NCBI GenBank assembly: GCA_947459205.1
Contig: CANHCR010000009.1
Span: forward strand, 798 to 64,797
Source: Bacillales bacterium
GTDB lineage: Bacteria; Bacillota; Bacilli; Paenibacillales; CANHCR01
Direction: 5' to 3'
Length of the DNA stretch: 64,000 nt
The notes beneath the pieces were generated by a model, which was not told the DNA's origin, did not search any database, and worked only from the letters and a program-made list of their open reading frames with translations. The translations under genes and the position numbers were made by a program. Positions within the stretch are counted from its first letter, which is position 1; every line of letters starts with the position of its first letter. Of the stretch, positions 27,873 through 36,479 are shown in pieces.

Positions 27873-30800
27873 ATGAGTACAATGGATACGAACAAATCGA
27901 TTGATCACACAGAAAACCGCTCATTACTGAAACAAATCTATGAATTTTTACTGGAGATGTATAACCTTCAAAATCCTCCTGTTCTCCATTTAAGTAAACA
28001 TGATTGGAAATTAAGCTTACAACAATTTGCAGACAATCCCCACATTGATTATAAAATTTACATGAACCAAGATGACTTAGAATCGGATGCAGATAATTAT
28101 TTTTTTCGGGTGGTCAAGCCTCCGCTGAACGATTGTCCAGTCCCACCTTCCATTCTGAAATCATGGTTGAGGGAGGGTTGGGATCATCCGAATGTATCCC
28201 TTGATTCGGAAATTATCATTTTTCAACGTTCGTCATCAGAACTCGAAAAAGATAAAACTGTTAAGTTTACCGATTCTGATGATCGAGTATCGGCCTTTCG
28301 AGAATGGAAAATCAAACGCAACGCTTGGGCTACCAAAGAAAAACCAGCCAGAGAAGCAGACCTTATCTACAACAAGTTGTTTGGGTTGAAATCCAAATTA
28401 GATCGCGAATCTGATTCCATTGAAGCGGTTATCGGCGACGGCGTTTTACGTTGGAAATTCAACAAACAAGACTCGGATACAAATCACATCGTAGAATATC
28501 CATTGTTGACTCACAAAATCGAGTTGAACTTCGACCCTAATATCCCGTCTTTTCAGTTATCGCTAGCGGAAATTTCTCCTGAATTAAATCTTTCATTGCT
28601 AAGATTTATCGATGTCGTTGCAGAAGAGGCGATTGCGGAGTCTGCCAAAGATCTCGAGTTGAATGTAAGTTCCATTTTAAATCATTCTGAGACTTCGTCA
28701 TTTTTAAAGCGAGTCGCTTCAAGAATTTCATCACGTTCGCAATTTCTCGAATTCGAAGAATTCAAAAGCGATTACTTAGAGTTGCCACAAATTCGCCGCG
28801 AACCGATTTTGTATTTGCGCAAGGTAACCACAGGCATTCCGAAAGCACTTAGTGATATTATCATTGATATACAAAGTAATCCTGTTTTTTCAGAAGCGGT
28901 TGCCAAATTAATCGGGTTAGCACCATCCTTTCACATTAATCAAGAATCTTCCGAATTATCTCGGACTATCAATGTTCATGGAGAGGATTTTGAAATCTTA
29001 CTTCATAAGGATGCAAATGGTGATCAACTTGAAATTGCGAAGCAGTTGAATCGCTATGGAGCTGTTATTGTACAAGGGCCTCCTGGGACAGGGAAAACGC
29101 ATACAATTGCCAACTTGATTGGTCACTATATATCTGAGGGTAAGTCAATTCTTGTCACGAGTCATACGTCTCGGGCACTTAAAGTTTTGGTCGACAAAAT
29201 CGATGAGGATTTGCGCCACTTTTGCGTAAATTTGAGTGATGAAGGAACTGCTAAACAGAATATGGAATTTGCTGTTGAGCAAATCAAATCACGAATTACC
29301 AAACTGAATGAGACAGAGACTAATGATAGAATTGATGAATTGCTCCAGTCGAGACGAAGTATTTTACGCAAGATGGATTCACTAAGAGATTCGTTAAAAA
29401 ATGCTCGAAAACAGGCATTTACCTCGATCATTATAGATGGTCAATCATATATTCCCAATGAAATAGCTAAAACAATAGACCGACAAATTTCGGAACACGG
29501 TTGGATTCCTCTTCCGATTAACGAAAATGCTCAAATGCCGCTTTCACATGAGGAACTAACGAAACTATATTTCACGAACCAAGAAATAAGCACACAAGAT
29601 GAAATTGAACTTCGATTGTTGCCTTTGAAGACGAGTGAAATCGATGATCCGCTCACGTTTCAAAATTTTGTGGACGAGTGGAAGGTTTGTAAAAACACAA
29701 TACGAAGTGACGTAGAATCATGGTGGAAGCTTGACGTGCCGGGTGAACATCAACTGGAAAGTATCATCAAATCCGCAAAGAACGTTCAAAACATTTTTCA
29801 AAGTGAATTCCCGTGGCGTCAGCAAATTGTCAACCAGTTATTCACTGACAGTGAGCAAATACAAATTTGGGAAGAGTTCATTGATTCGATCAAAGAAGTG
29901 TATGAATTGCAAAAACGATGCTATCGTACCTCATTAGATCATGATATTGTCATAAATGATGAAGCGATGAACGAAGAAAATTATCAAAAACTCATACAGT
30001 TGTATCAGTCGCTCGGTGAGCATGATACGGTTAAACTTGGCTTTTTTCATTTTTTGAATCGAAGTAAATATGCGTTTCTGAAGAGTTGCTCATTCGATGG
30101 ACAGACCCCTACCAAACCCCAACAAATTAAAGCTGTTCTAGATCGGGTACAATTGGATTTATTGCGCACTAAATTACGAGCACGTTGGGCGAAACAAGTA
30201 GAACCAGTACTTGGTCCACGTTTGGATGATGGAGGGACACCTGCAGAACAAAAAGCGTATGATTGGATTGCTGAAATCCAATCTTGCTTAAAGTGGTCAG
30301 AGACAGTTTGGGAATCGCATTTGAATATTCTTGAGGGTAATGGGTTTCAAATCGAGCGATTGATGGAAGCAAGTAAATGCACAGACCTCGAACATATCAG
30401 AATGCATCATATCGAAAGGATTGTTCTCAAGGTCGTTGATATTTGCGAGCAAAGTCTTTTTCTACACCGTATCCGGAAAGCGCAGAAGGAAAGAGACCGG
30501 TGGCTTGAAAAATATCGAACGATTTCGCGGAAAGAGCCTGAATCGGAGTTGCGCAAAAAACTCCTTCGAGCCGTTGATGAAATTCAACCACAAATCTTTC
30601 GAGATGCCTACAATAAAGTCCAATATTACGAGAAGAAATACGTTTACTGGGTTGATCGTCTTGAATGGTTAAATAAGTTACGGTCAGTCGCACCGAACTG
30701 GGCTCGTGAAATTGAATTTCGTCTGCATCATCATGGTGCATCACAAGTCCCAGGTGACGCGAATCAAGCATGGTTGACGAGACGATTGGAAACCAAACTG

Positions 30801-32399
30801 AGAGAATTGGATGCGCTAGATGTAGATGTACTCAGTCGTGAATTGAAAAGTTTGCGTGCGCGGTTCAAGGAAGAGACAGTGCAATTGATTCAGTTACGAA
30901 GTTTGTTGAAATTAAAGGAGAAAACAACAGATGAACAACTACAAAGTTTGAGTAGTTGGCTGTCATATACGAAAAAAATCGGAAAAGGCACAGGTAAGAA
31001 AGCCCCAATCTACATTAAAAGTGCAAAGCAAGAGATGATTAAGTGTCAGCAAACAGTTCCTGTCTGGATTATGCCGATGGAAAAGGTAATGCAAAATTTT
31101 CATCCCGCATCAAATCGCTTTGATCTTGTGATTATCGATGAAGCAAGTCAGTCTAATTTAAATGCATTGGCGTGCGTCTATTTGGCTAAACAAGTAATTG
31201 TAGTTGGGGATGATCAACAGGTAAGTCCCGAAAGTATTGGTGAAAAAGCAGATGAAATTCGTAGGCTGCGTGAAACGATGCTGGTGGGTGTACCGCATAC
31301 GAATCATTACGAGGGAAGCAGTTCGGTTTATTCGATGGCAAAACTTTCATTTCCACTTGTCGTACTACATGAGCATTTCCGTTGTGTTGCTCCAATCATC
31401 TCGTTTTCCAACCGCTTGTGTTATTCAGGGAAAATCAAGCCGTTACGAAACGCTGGATTTGTGAAGAGGTTGCCACATACTGTCGCTTATCAAGTATCAG
31501 GTACGATTGATAGGAATACAAAAACAAATGTTGAAGAAGCGGAAACAATCGTTTCCTTAATTCTTGCCATGCGAGATTTTCCTGAATATGATCGTGCGAC
31601 GGTCGGTGTTATAACCTTGCTAGGTGACGAGCAGGCAAATTTGATCGATCAACGCCTACGCCAATGCATGGATCCTAGAGAGTACGAGTCTCGTCAAATC
31701 CGTTGCGGGAATTCGGCGCAGTTTCAGGGAGACGAACGTGATGTGATGTTTTTATCGATGGTCCATAGCAGCGACGCAGAAGAACCGCTATATTTACTGT
31801 CGGATGCTGGGGAAAAAATGACGAAGCGCTATAACGTGGCAGTCAGTCGTGCGCGCGATCAAGTTTGGGTCGTGCATTCATTGAATAAGGATGTACATCT
31901 TAAGCCAGGTGATTTGAGAAAGAAACTGCTCGATCATACGACCAATCCTCACGCGTATGATTTGATTTTTCAACAACATGCGCCACAAACCGACTCTGAA
32001 TTCGAAAAAATGGTACTTAAACGATTGATTGAATTGGATTATCGTGTGATCTGCCAATATCCTGTAGGGGGCTATCGAATCGATTTAGTTGTCGAGGGGA
32101 ATGGGAGACAACTCGCGGTTGAGTGTGATGGCGAACGGTTTCATGGCCCTGAAAAACTCGAAGAAGATATGAATAGACAAGCAATCTTGGAGCGATGTGG
32201 CTGGACTTTCCATCGCATTCGAGGGTCGAAATTTTTTCGTAATCAAGACGAAGAAATTAAATCGCTTGTGCGCAAATTAGATGAGATGGAAATTTATCCG
32301 CAGGCATTGTCGACAGAGAGCAAGGTGATGGATGGAGAGCAATTGAAAAATGAAGTGATTCTGAGGGCTTCTGAGATTCGGGCGAGTTGGGCGGAGTAG
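27873..32399 (+). CDS. 1508-aa SF1 (Upf1/AAA_11-AAA_12-like) helicase with C-terminal Vsr/DUF559-like endonuclease
   Basis: Motifs VQGPPGTGKTHT, LVIIDEASQ, VVGDDQQVSP, LHEHFRC, QGDERDVMFLS and YNVAVSRARDQVWVV. C-terminal YRIDLVVEG..AVECDGERFHGP..DMNRQAILERCGW is Vsr/MTES_1575-like. Confidence 0.85.
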   Translation: MSTMDTNKSIDHTENRSLLKQIYEFLLEMYNLQNPPVLHLSKHDWKLSLQQFADNPHIDYKIYMNQDDLESDADNYFFRVVKPPLNDCPVPPSILKSWLREGWDHPNVSLDSEIIIFQRSSSELEKDKTVKFTDSDDRVSAFREWKIKRNAWATKEKPAREADLIYNKLFGLKSKLDRESDSIEAVIGDGVLRWKFNKQDSDTNHIVEYPLLTHKIELNFDPNIPSFQLSLAEISPELNLSLLRFIDVVAEEAIAESAKDLELNVSSILNHSETSSFLKRVASRISSRSQFLEFEEFKSDYLELPQIRREPILYLRKVTTGIPKALSDIIIDIQSNPVFSEAVAKLIGLAPSFHINQESSELSRTINVHGEDFEILLHKDANGDQLEIAKQLNRYGAVIVQGPPGTGKTHTIANLIGHYISEGKSILVTSHTSRALKVLVDKIDEDLRHFCVNLSDEGTAKQNMEFAVEQIKSRITKLNETETNDRIDELLQSRRSILRKMDSLRDSLKNARKQAFTSIIIDGQSYIPNEIAKTIDRQISEHGWIPLPINENAQMPLSHEELTKLYFTNQEISTQDEIELRLLPLKTSEIDDPLTFQNFVDEWKVCKNTIRSDVESWWKLDVPGEHQLESIIKSAKNVQNIFQSEFPWRQQIVNQLFTDSEQIQIWEEFIDSIKEVYELQKRCYRTSLDHDIVINDEAMNEENYQKLIQLYQSLGEHDTVKLGFFHFLNRSKYAFLKSCSFDGQTPTKPQQIKAVLDRVQLDLLRTKLRARWAKQVEPVLGPRLDDGGTPAEQKAYDWIAEIQSCLKWSETVWESHLNILEGNGFQIERLMEASKCTDLEHIRMHHIERIVLKVVDICEQSLFLHRIRKAQKERDRWLEKYRTISRKEPESELRKKLLRAVDEIQPQIFRDAYNKVQYYEKKYVYWVDRLEWLNKLRSVAPNWAREIEFRLHHHGASQVPGDANQAWLTRRLETKLRELDALDVDVLSRELKSLRARFKEETVQLIQLRSLLKLKEKTTDEQLQSLSSWLSYTKKIGKGTGKKAPIYIKSAKQEMIKCQQTVPVWIMPMEKVMQNFHPASNRFDLVIIDEASQSNLNALACVYLAKQVIVVGDDQQVSPESIGEKADEIRRLRETMLVGVPHTNHYEGSSSVYSMAKLSFPLVVLHEHFRCVAPIISFSNRLCYSGKIKPLRNAGFVKRLPHTVAYQVSGTIDRNTKTNVEEAETIVSLILAMRDFPEYDRATVGVITLLGDEQANLIDQRLRQCMDPREYESRQIRCGNSAQFQGDERDVMFLSMVHSSDAEEPLYLLSDAGEKMTKRYNVAVSRARDQVWVVHSLNKDVHLKPGDLRKKLLDHTTNPHAYDLIFQQHAPQTDSEFEKMVLKRLIELDYRVICQYPVGGYRIDLVVEGNGRQLAVECDGERFHGPEKLEEDMNRQAILERCGWTFHRIRGSKFFRNQDEEIKSLVRKLDEMEIYPQALSTESKVMDGEQLKNEVILRASEIRASWAE

Positions 32400-32413
32400 A
32401 GTCTATATTATTT

Positions 32414-32441
32414 TGTAGAAAAAAGGAATTTCTACATTTTC
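32414..32441 (+). terminator. rho-independent terminator
   Basis: tgtagaaa / tttctaca 8-bp stem (32414-32421, 32429-32436) plus tttt, 15 nt after the helicase stop. Confidence 0.7.
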
Positions 32442-32595
32442 ATAGAATAATATCCTTGTCGGCATACTCGAGTCTTATTGGATCGGAGTGTGATTCAACA
32501 GTGGCACTCATCCTATGTCCTGAATGTGGAAAATCGATATCAGATTGACCTTCCCCCTCAAAACTGATCCACTTCAAAAGTTAGTTTATGAACGC

Positions 32596-32785
32596 GGTGA
32601 AACGGTTGTTTCTGATCTCATTCAGAGCGTCAAAATTACTATGGATGATATTTTTCATTTTCGTAGTAGCTGATTTGTAGCGTTAAGTGATTTTACCATG
32701 AGTATAACCATGTGGTGTGATGGTTGAGAATTCACCACATGGTTTTTCTTTTTTGGCAGGAAAATCATCACCTATGTGGAAATTG
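32596..32785 (+). promoter_or_regulatory. leader-like module, copy 1 (diverged homologue of 51389-51579)
   Basis: Aligns by eye with 51389-51579 over its full length: gaaacggttgtttctgat, tcaaaattac, ttttcgtagtagctgatt, catgagtataaccatgtgg, catggtttttc-ttttttggcaggaaaa. Contains a 9-codon mini-ORF (32698..32727, MSITMWCDG) and a terminator. Confidence 0.7.
32706..32754 (+). terminator. intrinsic terminator inside leader module copy 1
   Basis: Perfect 12-bp stem aaccatgtggtg (32706-32717) / caccacatggtt (32733-32744) followed by tttctttttt. Confidence 0.75.
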
Positions 32786-32804
32786 TTTAAGAGGTCCCAA
32801 TCGT

Positions 32805-33000
32805 TGTCAATCACCCGTTTTCCATTGCGAATCCGAATCGATATTTTCGTTGATGAACCGAATTCAGTTGCTCTTGGTTGTACGTTTTCAGTAAATGGGG
32901 ATTAAGTTTTAATTTCGCTTGCTATCTGCGACACTTCAAGGCGATGAGATGTTTTACAATTTGCTGATACGTTAATATGAGATTTCGTAAAACTCGATGA
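32805..33000 (+). repeat. about 195-bp direct repeat, copy A (near-identical to 61294-61490)
   Basis: Base-by-base comparison shows one 1-nt indel and four substitutions. It ends at the RBS GAAGGAG of a 17-codon mini-ORF (33014..33067). Confidence 0.9.
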
Positions 33001-33130
33001 AGGAGTGATTCTCATGAAAGACTTACCGAAGGTTTTGCAAAAGCAATTTTTATTTAAAAATGAAACATGAGCCGCATTAGATAGAGGAAAAAGTTATGTA
33101 AGTCAATCACCCGAAAAAGTATCAGAAGCG

Positions 33131-34255
33131 ATGCAAAACAGCGAATGTAACCTAGCGCAAATTTTGCCGATGATTTCTGCAAATTCTCCAGAACATCACA
33201 AAGCCATCATCCAGCAATGTCCATCCGCAATTCGTGAAATGGCTAACCCTGATGAGGCGCTCAAATCGATGGCTTTGCAGATTGCACCTTGGATGCGACA
33301 TGTTTTACATCTTCGTAATGATGACGAAGCCCTGCAAAAACTGATTGAGGCGACCGTGAATCATGGGTTTTTTATGGAACGAGAGGCCGAACAGCCATCT
33401 CTGCATTTAGGCGGGGTCCCGTTTCCAAAGAAAATCTATTATCCGCTTGATCGCTTTCCGAACGACCATTTTAAATTAGATATTCATGACGCGAAGCGTC
33501 AATCTCAACCGCTGTCCAGTTCGAGAATTAACGAGCATGATGACCGCGTTGATGTTTCGCCTGATTTTGAAAGTTGGGCATGGTATCAAACGTTTCATGC
33601 ATGGTCGGATGAGGAATACGGCATCTATATCACCACGTCTGGTTTAGCAAGATTTGCGGACCGTGCATTTTATCAAGCGCTTTTACGACATGAGCACCAA
33701 TCGAATCCGAACCCAAATAAGACAGAATTGAAAAAGATATGGTCTCAGTCTTTGCAAATGGCTTTTCAGACCGTGCTATTTCATGAATACTATCATTTCT
33801 TTAAGGATATTGCAGCTGCCACTTTAGAACAACTTTGGTTCGCATTGAACCCTGGGAACACACGCCAGTTTTTTCATGAGTACAGAAAGAACATCTATTT
33901 TCCTGGGCTACATAACCGACTTCGTGAAGAGCCATTGGAAGAGGCGTTGGCGAATGCTTTTTCTTGGCGAGCGTTCTGCGAAAGATACTCAGATTCATCT
34001 TTGTATGATCAACAAGCGATCGAACTTGTAAAACAAGATTTGGCGAAATATATGACTAATCAACCAAGCGGGTACTGTCATTATGATCAATTTATTGAAG
34101 ACGCGGAGTATGTGAAAGGGAATCAACAACTGATCTCTTTGCTGTTGACTCAGCAGGCGAGTGTGATTCCAGGCAGCGAGCGTCTCTTGCAACCGACTTT
34201 CGCTGACATGTACAAGTATAACGTGCCCGTTTATGTGATTGATGATCGAGACTAG
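33131..34255 (+). CDS. hypothetical protein with HExxH motif (putative zinc metallopeptidase-like)
   Basis: 374-aa ORF with VLFHEYYHFF (HExxH) and a downstream acidic EEPLEEALANAF segment. Weak RBS. No family recognised. Confidence 0.6.
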   Translation: MQNSECNLAQILPMISANSPEHHKAIIQQCPSAIREMANPDEALKSMALQIAPWMRHVLHLRNDDEALQKLIEATVNHGFFMEREAEQPSLHLGGVPFPKKIYYPLDRFPNDHFKLDIHDAKRQSQPLSSSRINEHDDRVDVSPDFESWAWYQTFHAWSDEEYGIYITTSGLARFADRAFYQALLRHEHQSNPNPNKTELKKIWSQSLQMAFQTVLFHEYYHFFKDIAAATLEQLWFALNPGNTRQFFHEYRKNIYFPGLHNRLREEPLEEALANAFSWRAFCERYSDSSLYDQQAIELVKQDLAKYMTNQPSGYCHYDQFIEDAEYVKGNQQLISLLLTQQASVIPGSERLLQPTFADMYKYNVPVYVIDDRD

Positions 34256-34499
34256 AATCATAAAACGAATAAAAATTTTATTGAAAAAGATGGTCACTTC
34301 ACATAATCCTGAAGTTAAATGATAAATTTTATGATTTACATCACCAAACGGGTGAAAACATATTGGATTCGAGGTGATGAATTGACGGATTGCCAGGCAT
34401 TTTTTCATTGGTATAAAACGGATTTTTAAATATGCTACAAGAGAATGATGTGATAAAATTTGTATGGTATCGTTTTCAATCGTCTTAAATTTTTGGTTT

Positions 34500-34528
34500 T
34501 TGACGCTAGTAGTTTGAAGAAATATATT
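34500..34528 (+). promoter_or_regulatory. putative sigma-A promoter for the dynamin genes
   Basis: TTGACG (34500-34505), 17 nt, TATATT (34523-34528), within the 382-nt AT-rich gap upstream of 34638. Confidence 0.45.
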
Positions 34529-34637
34529 TTACATAATTGAGGATTTTAAATGAAATTATTGAATTATAACGATGCTGGTAAATTCTGTACGCATCAGGAA
34601 AATACTTTATCTTTCAATTCAAGGTGGTCTGATATCT

Positions 34638-36479
34638 ATGATTCAAACTAATCCATTTGTCGAGAAAAAAGACGTTCTAAGTGAGTGTAATCGAGAATTG
34701 CTTACCATCATTTCTGATGAGTATATGGCAAGTCGGGTTGAAGCTGCCCAGAAGCGCCTGACAAATGAGAAAATGAAAGTTTTAGTTGTGGGTGAATTCA
34801 GTCGAGGAAAGTCAACGTTCATCAATTCGATTTTGGGCAGACCGATTTTACCTTCAAAAGTAAATCCGACTACAACGACGATTAATATTATCGAAGGTGC
34901 CCTAGAACAGAAAATCATGATTGAGTATACTGACAAATCAACGGAACAGTTGGAGTTTCCGACTGATAAAGTGAATAAGTTTCTCGAAGGCTACGTTACC
35001 GTAGCAAATCAGCAGTGGAACAGAATTACTAAAGTAAATATTTATGTCGACAACAAGCTGAAAGATTGGAATTGTGTGTTGGTGGACACTCCGGGTGTCA
35101 ATGATCTTGACGCTTCTCGTGAAGACATTACATTTAAGTATTTATCGGAAGCAGATGCCTGCATTGTATTGTTGGACTCTCAACAGCCTTTATCTGAAAG
35201 TGAACGTGATTTCATAAAAAACAGAGTGCTAAAAAATGATGTGAATCGCTTACTGTTTGTTATTAATCGATTTGATGAGGCAGAGTCCTTTCCGAATGGA
35301 CCTCAATCGGAACGCATTATCAAACATGTTCAAAAGCTGATTGTAGAGTGTATACCAGAAATAAGCGACCCTGTTGTATACACTGTTTCCTCTAAAGAAG
35401 CGCTAAAAGGTAGATTTAAAAATGAGTCGAACGAATGGGAAACACATTTTAACGAATTCGAACGTCACTTGGTCAAATTTATTGCCGATAATGCCATTGA
35501 TAATAAGTTAAGTGTTCATGCAGAGCGTACCATTGGAATCTGTCGCGACTTAATGGATGATCTCAAATCTTCTAACTCTATGCTTTCTGTTTCACAGACG
35601 GATTTAGAGTCGATTAAGCAAAAACTCTTGAAAGAAAAAGAAATTGTGAACAACGAATTAAAGCTTCTCGATACAACCAGCTCAACGGCCGTTTTTACGA
35701 TGAAACAAGAAAACGTAAAGTTGGTCAATGGACATCTGCAGACACTTCGAACAAATTTGCTGAACATGGCGACATCCATTTCGAGTGAAGATGAGTACGG
35801 CGAGTTAAAAGTATACTTATCAAATGGTATCCGCGATTTAGTTGAATTATTGAGAGAGTCAATTGAGAAGATGAAAACACAATTTGAAAAAGATATCAAA
35901 GATAAGTGTACTTTTATCGGTTCGTCAACAACAGATATCGTTCTTAAATCGTTAGGACGGCAATTAAGTCCGGATCGCATCACGGATGTCGAGTTGATGA
36001 CAGATGTAAAAGAAACATCGAGTGCAGCTGAAGACGCGGTCGCGATTGGGGCAGGTCTAGGCATAGGAATATTGGGAGGCATGTTATTTGGTCCGGTTGG
36101 CATTGCTGCAACCATTCTTATCGGAAGGATTGTGGGCAAACATTTGCAAAGTCAACAGGAACAGCGGGAACTAGAAGCGTTGAAGCAAAATGTCATTGAT
36201 AATATCAATATTCAAATTTCGAATGTGCTTCAACATTTTTTAGAAAACAACGAAGATAGGTGCCGGGAAATCATTGATGAGGTAAAAGCGAAGTATGTGG
36301 AGATGGCCAACAGTAAACTTCGTTCGATGGAAAAAATCACGACGACACAGTTTACAGATATTGCCACTAAACAAAGGGATATTTCATCTGAGCAGGCATC
36401 TATCGCTTCCAAAATGGAAATCATGAAGAAAATTACTAGCATCTCTTTATCACTATTAGACAAAGGAGACATTACATGA
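34638..36479 (+). CDS. bacterial dynamin-like GTPase 1
   Basis: G1 GEFSRGKST, G3 VDTPGVND, G4-like INRFD. C-proximal Gly/Ala-rich hydrophobic paddle (AIGAGLGIGILGGMLFGPVGIAATILIG). ATG 34638 follows AAGGTGG (track start 34572). Confidence 0.9.
   Translation: MIQTNPFVEKKDVLSECNRELLTIISDEYMASRVEAAQKRLTNEKMKVLVVGEFSRGKSTFINSILGRPILPSKVNPTTTTINIIEGALEQKIMIEYTDKSTEQLEFPTDKVNKFLEGYVTVANQQWNRITKVNIYVDNKLKDWNCVLVDTPGVNDLDASREDITFKYLSEADACIVLLDSQQPLSESERDFIKNRVLKNDVNRLLFVINRFDEAESFPNGPQSERIIKHVQKLIVECIPEISDPVVYTVSSKEALKGRFKNESNEWETHFNEFERHLVKFIADNAIDNKLSVHAERTIGICRDLMDDLKSSNSMLSVSQTDLESIKQKLLKEKEIVNNELKLLDTTSSTAVFTMKQENVKLVNGHLQTLRTNLLNMATSISSEDEYGELKVYLSNGIRDLVELLRESIEKMKTQFEKDIKDKCTFIGSSTTDIVLKSLGRQLSPDRITDVELMTDVKETSSAAEDAVAIGAGLGIGILGGMLFGPVGIAATILIGRIVGKHLQSQQEQRELEALKQNVIDNINIQISNVLQHFLENNEDRCREIIDEVKAKYVEMANSKLRSMEKITTTQFTDIATKQRDISSEQASIASKMEIMKKITSISLSLLDKGDIT

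Noticed and set aside
32596-32785. Assigning the leader modules to a known riboswitch or T-box class.
   Set aside because: I could not find a T-box sequence, a specifier-loop layout or any riboswitch core I recognise. An Rfam/Infernal scan is needed.
32717-32905. Track ORFs 32717..32905 (+) and 61275..61457 (+), considered as real small genes encoded by the repeat copies.
   Set aside because: The two near-identical copies differ by a 1-nt indel that changes the reading frame after ..NSVALG. The frame is therefore not conserved, and they are treated as decayed fragments of a paralogue of 52677..53294.
33995-34408. 137-aa minus-strand ORF spanning the 3' end of the HExxH gene and the AT-rich gap.
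   Set aside because: It is antisense to a longer ORF, has Ile/Phe/Leu-rich AT-driven composition, and has no RBS.
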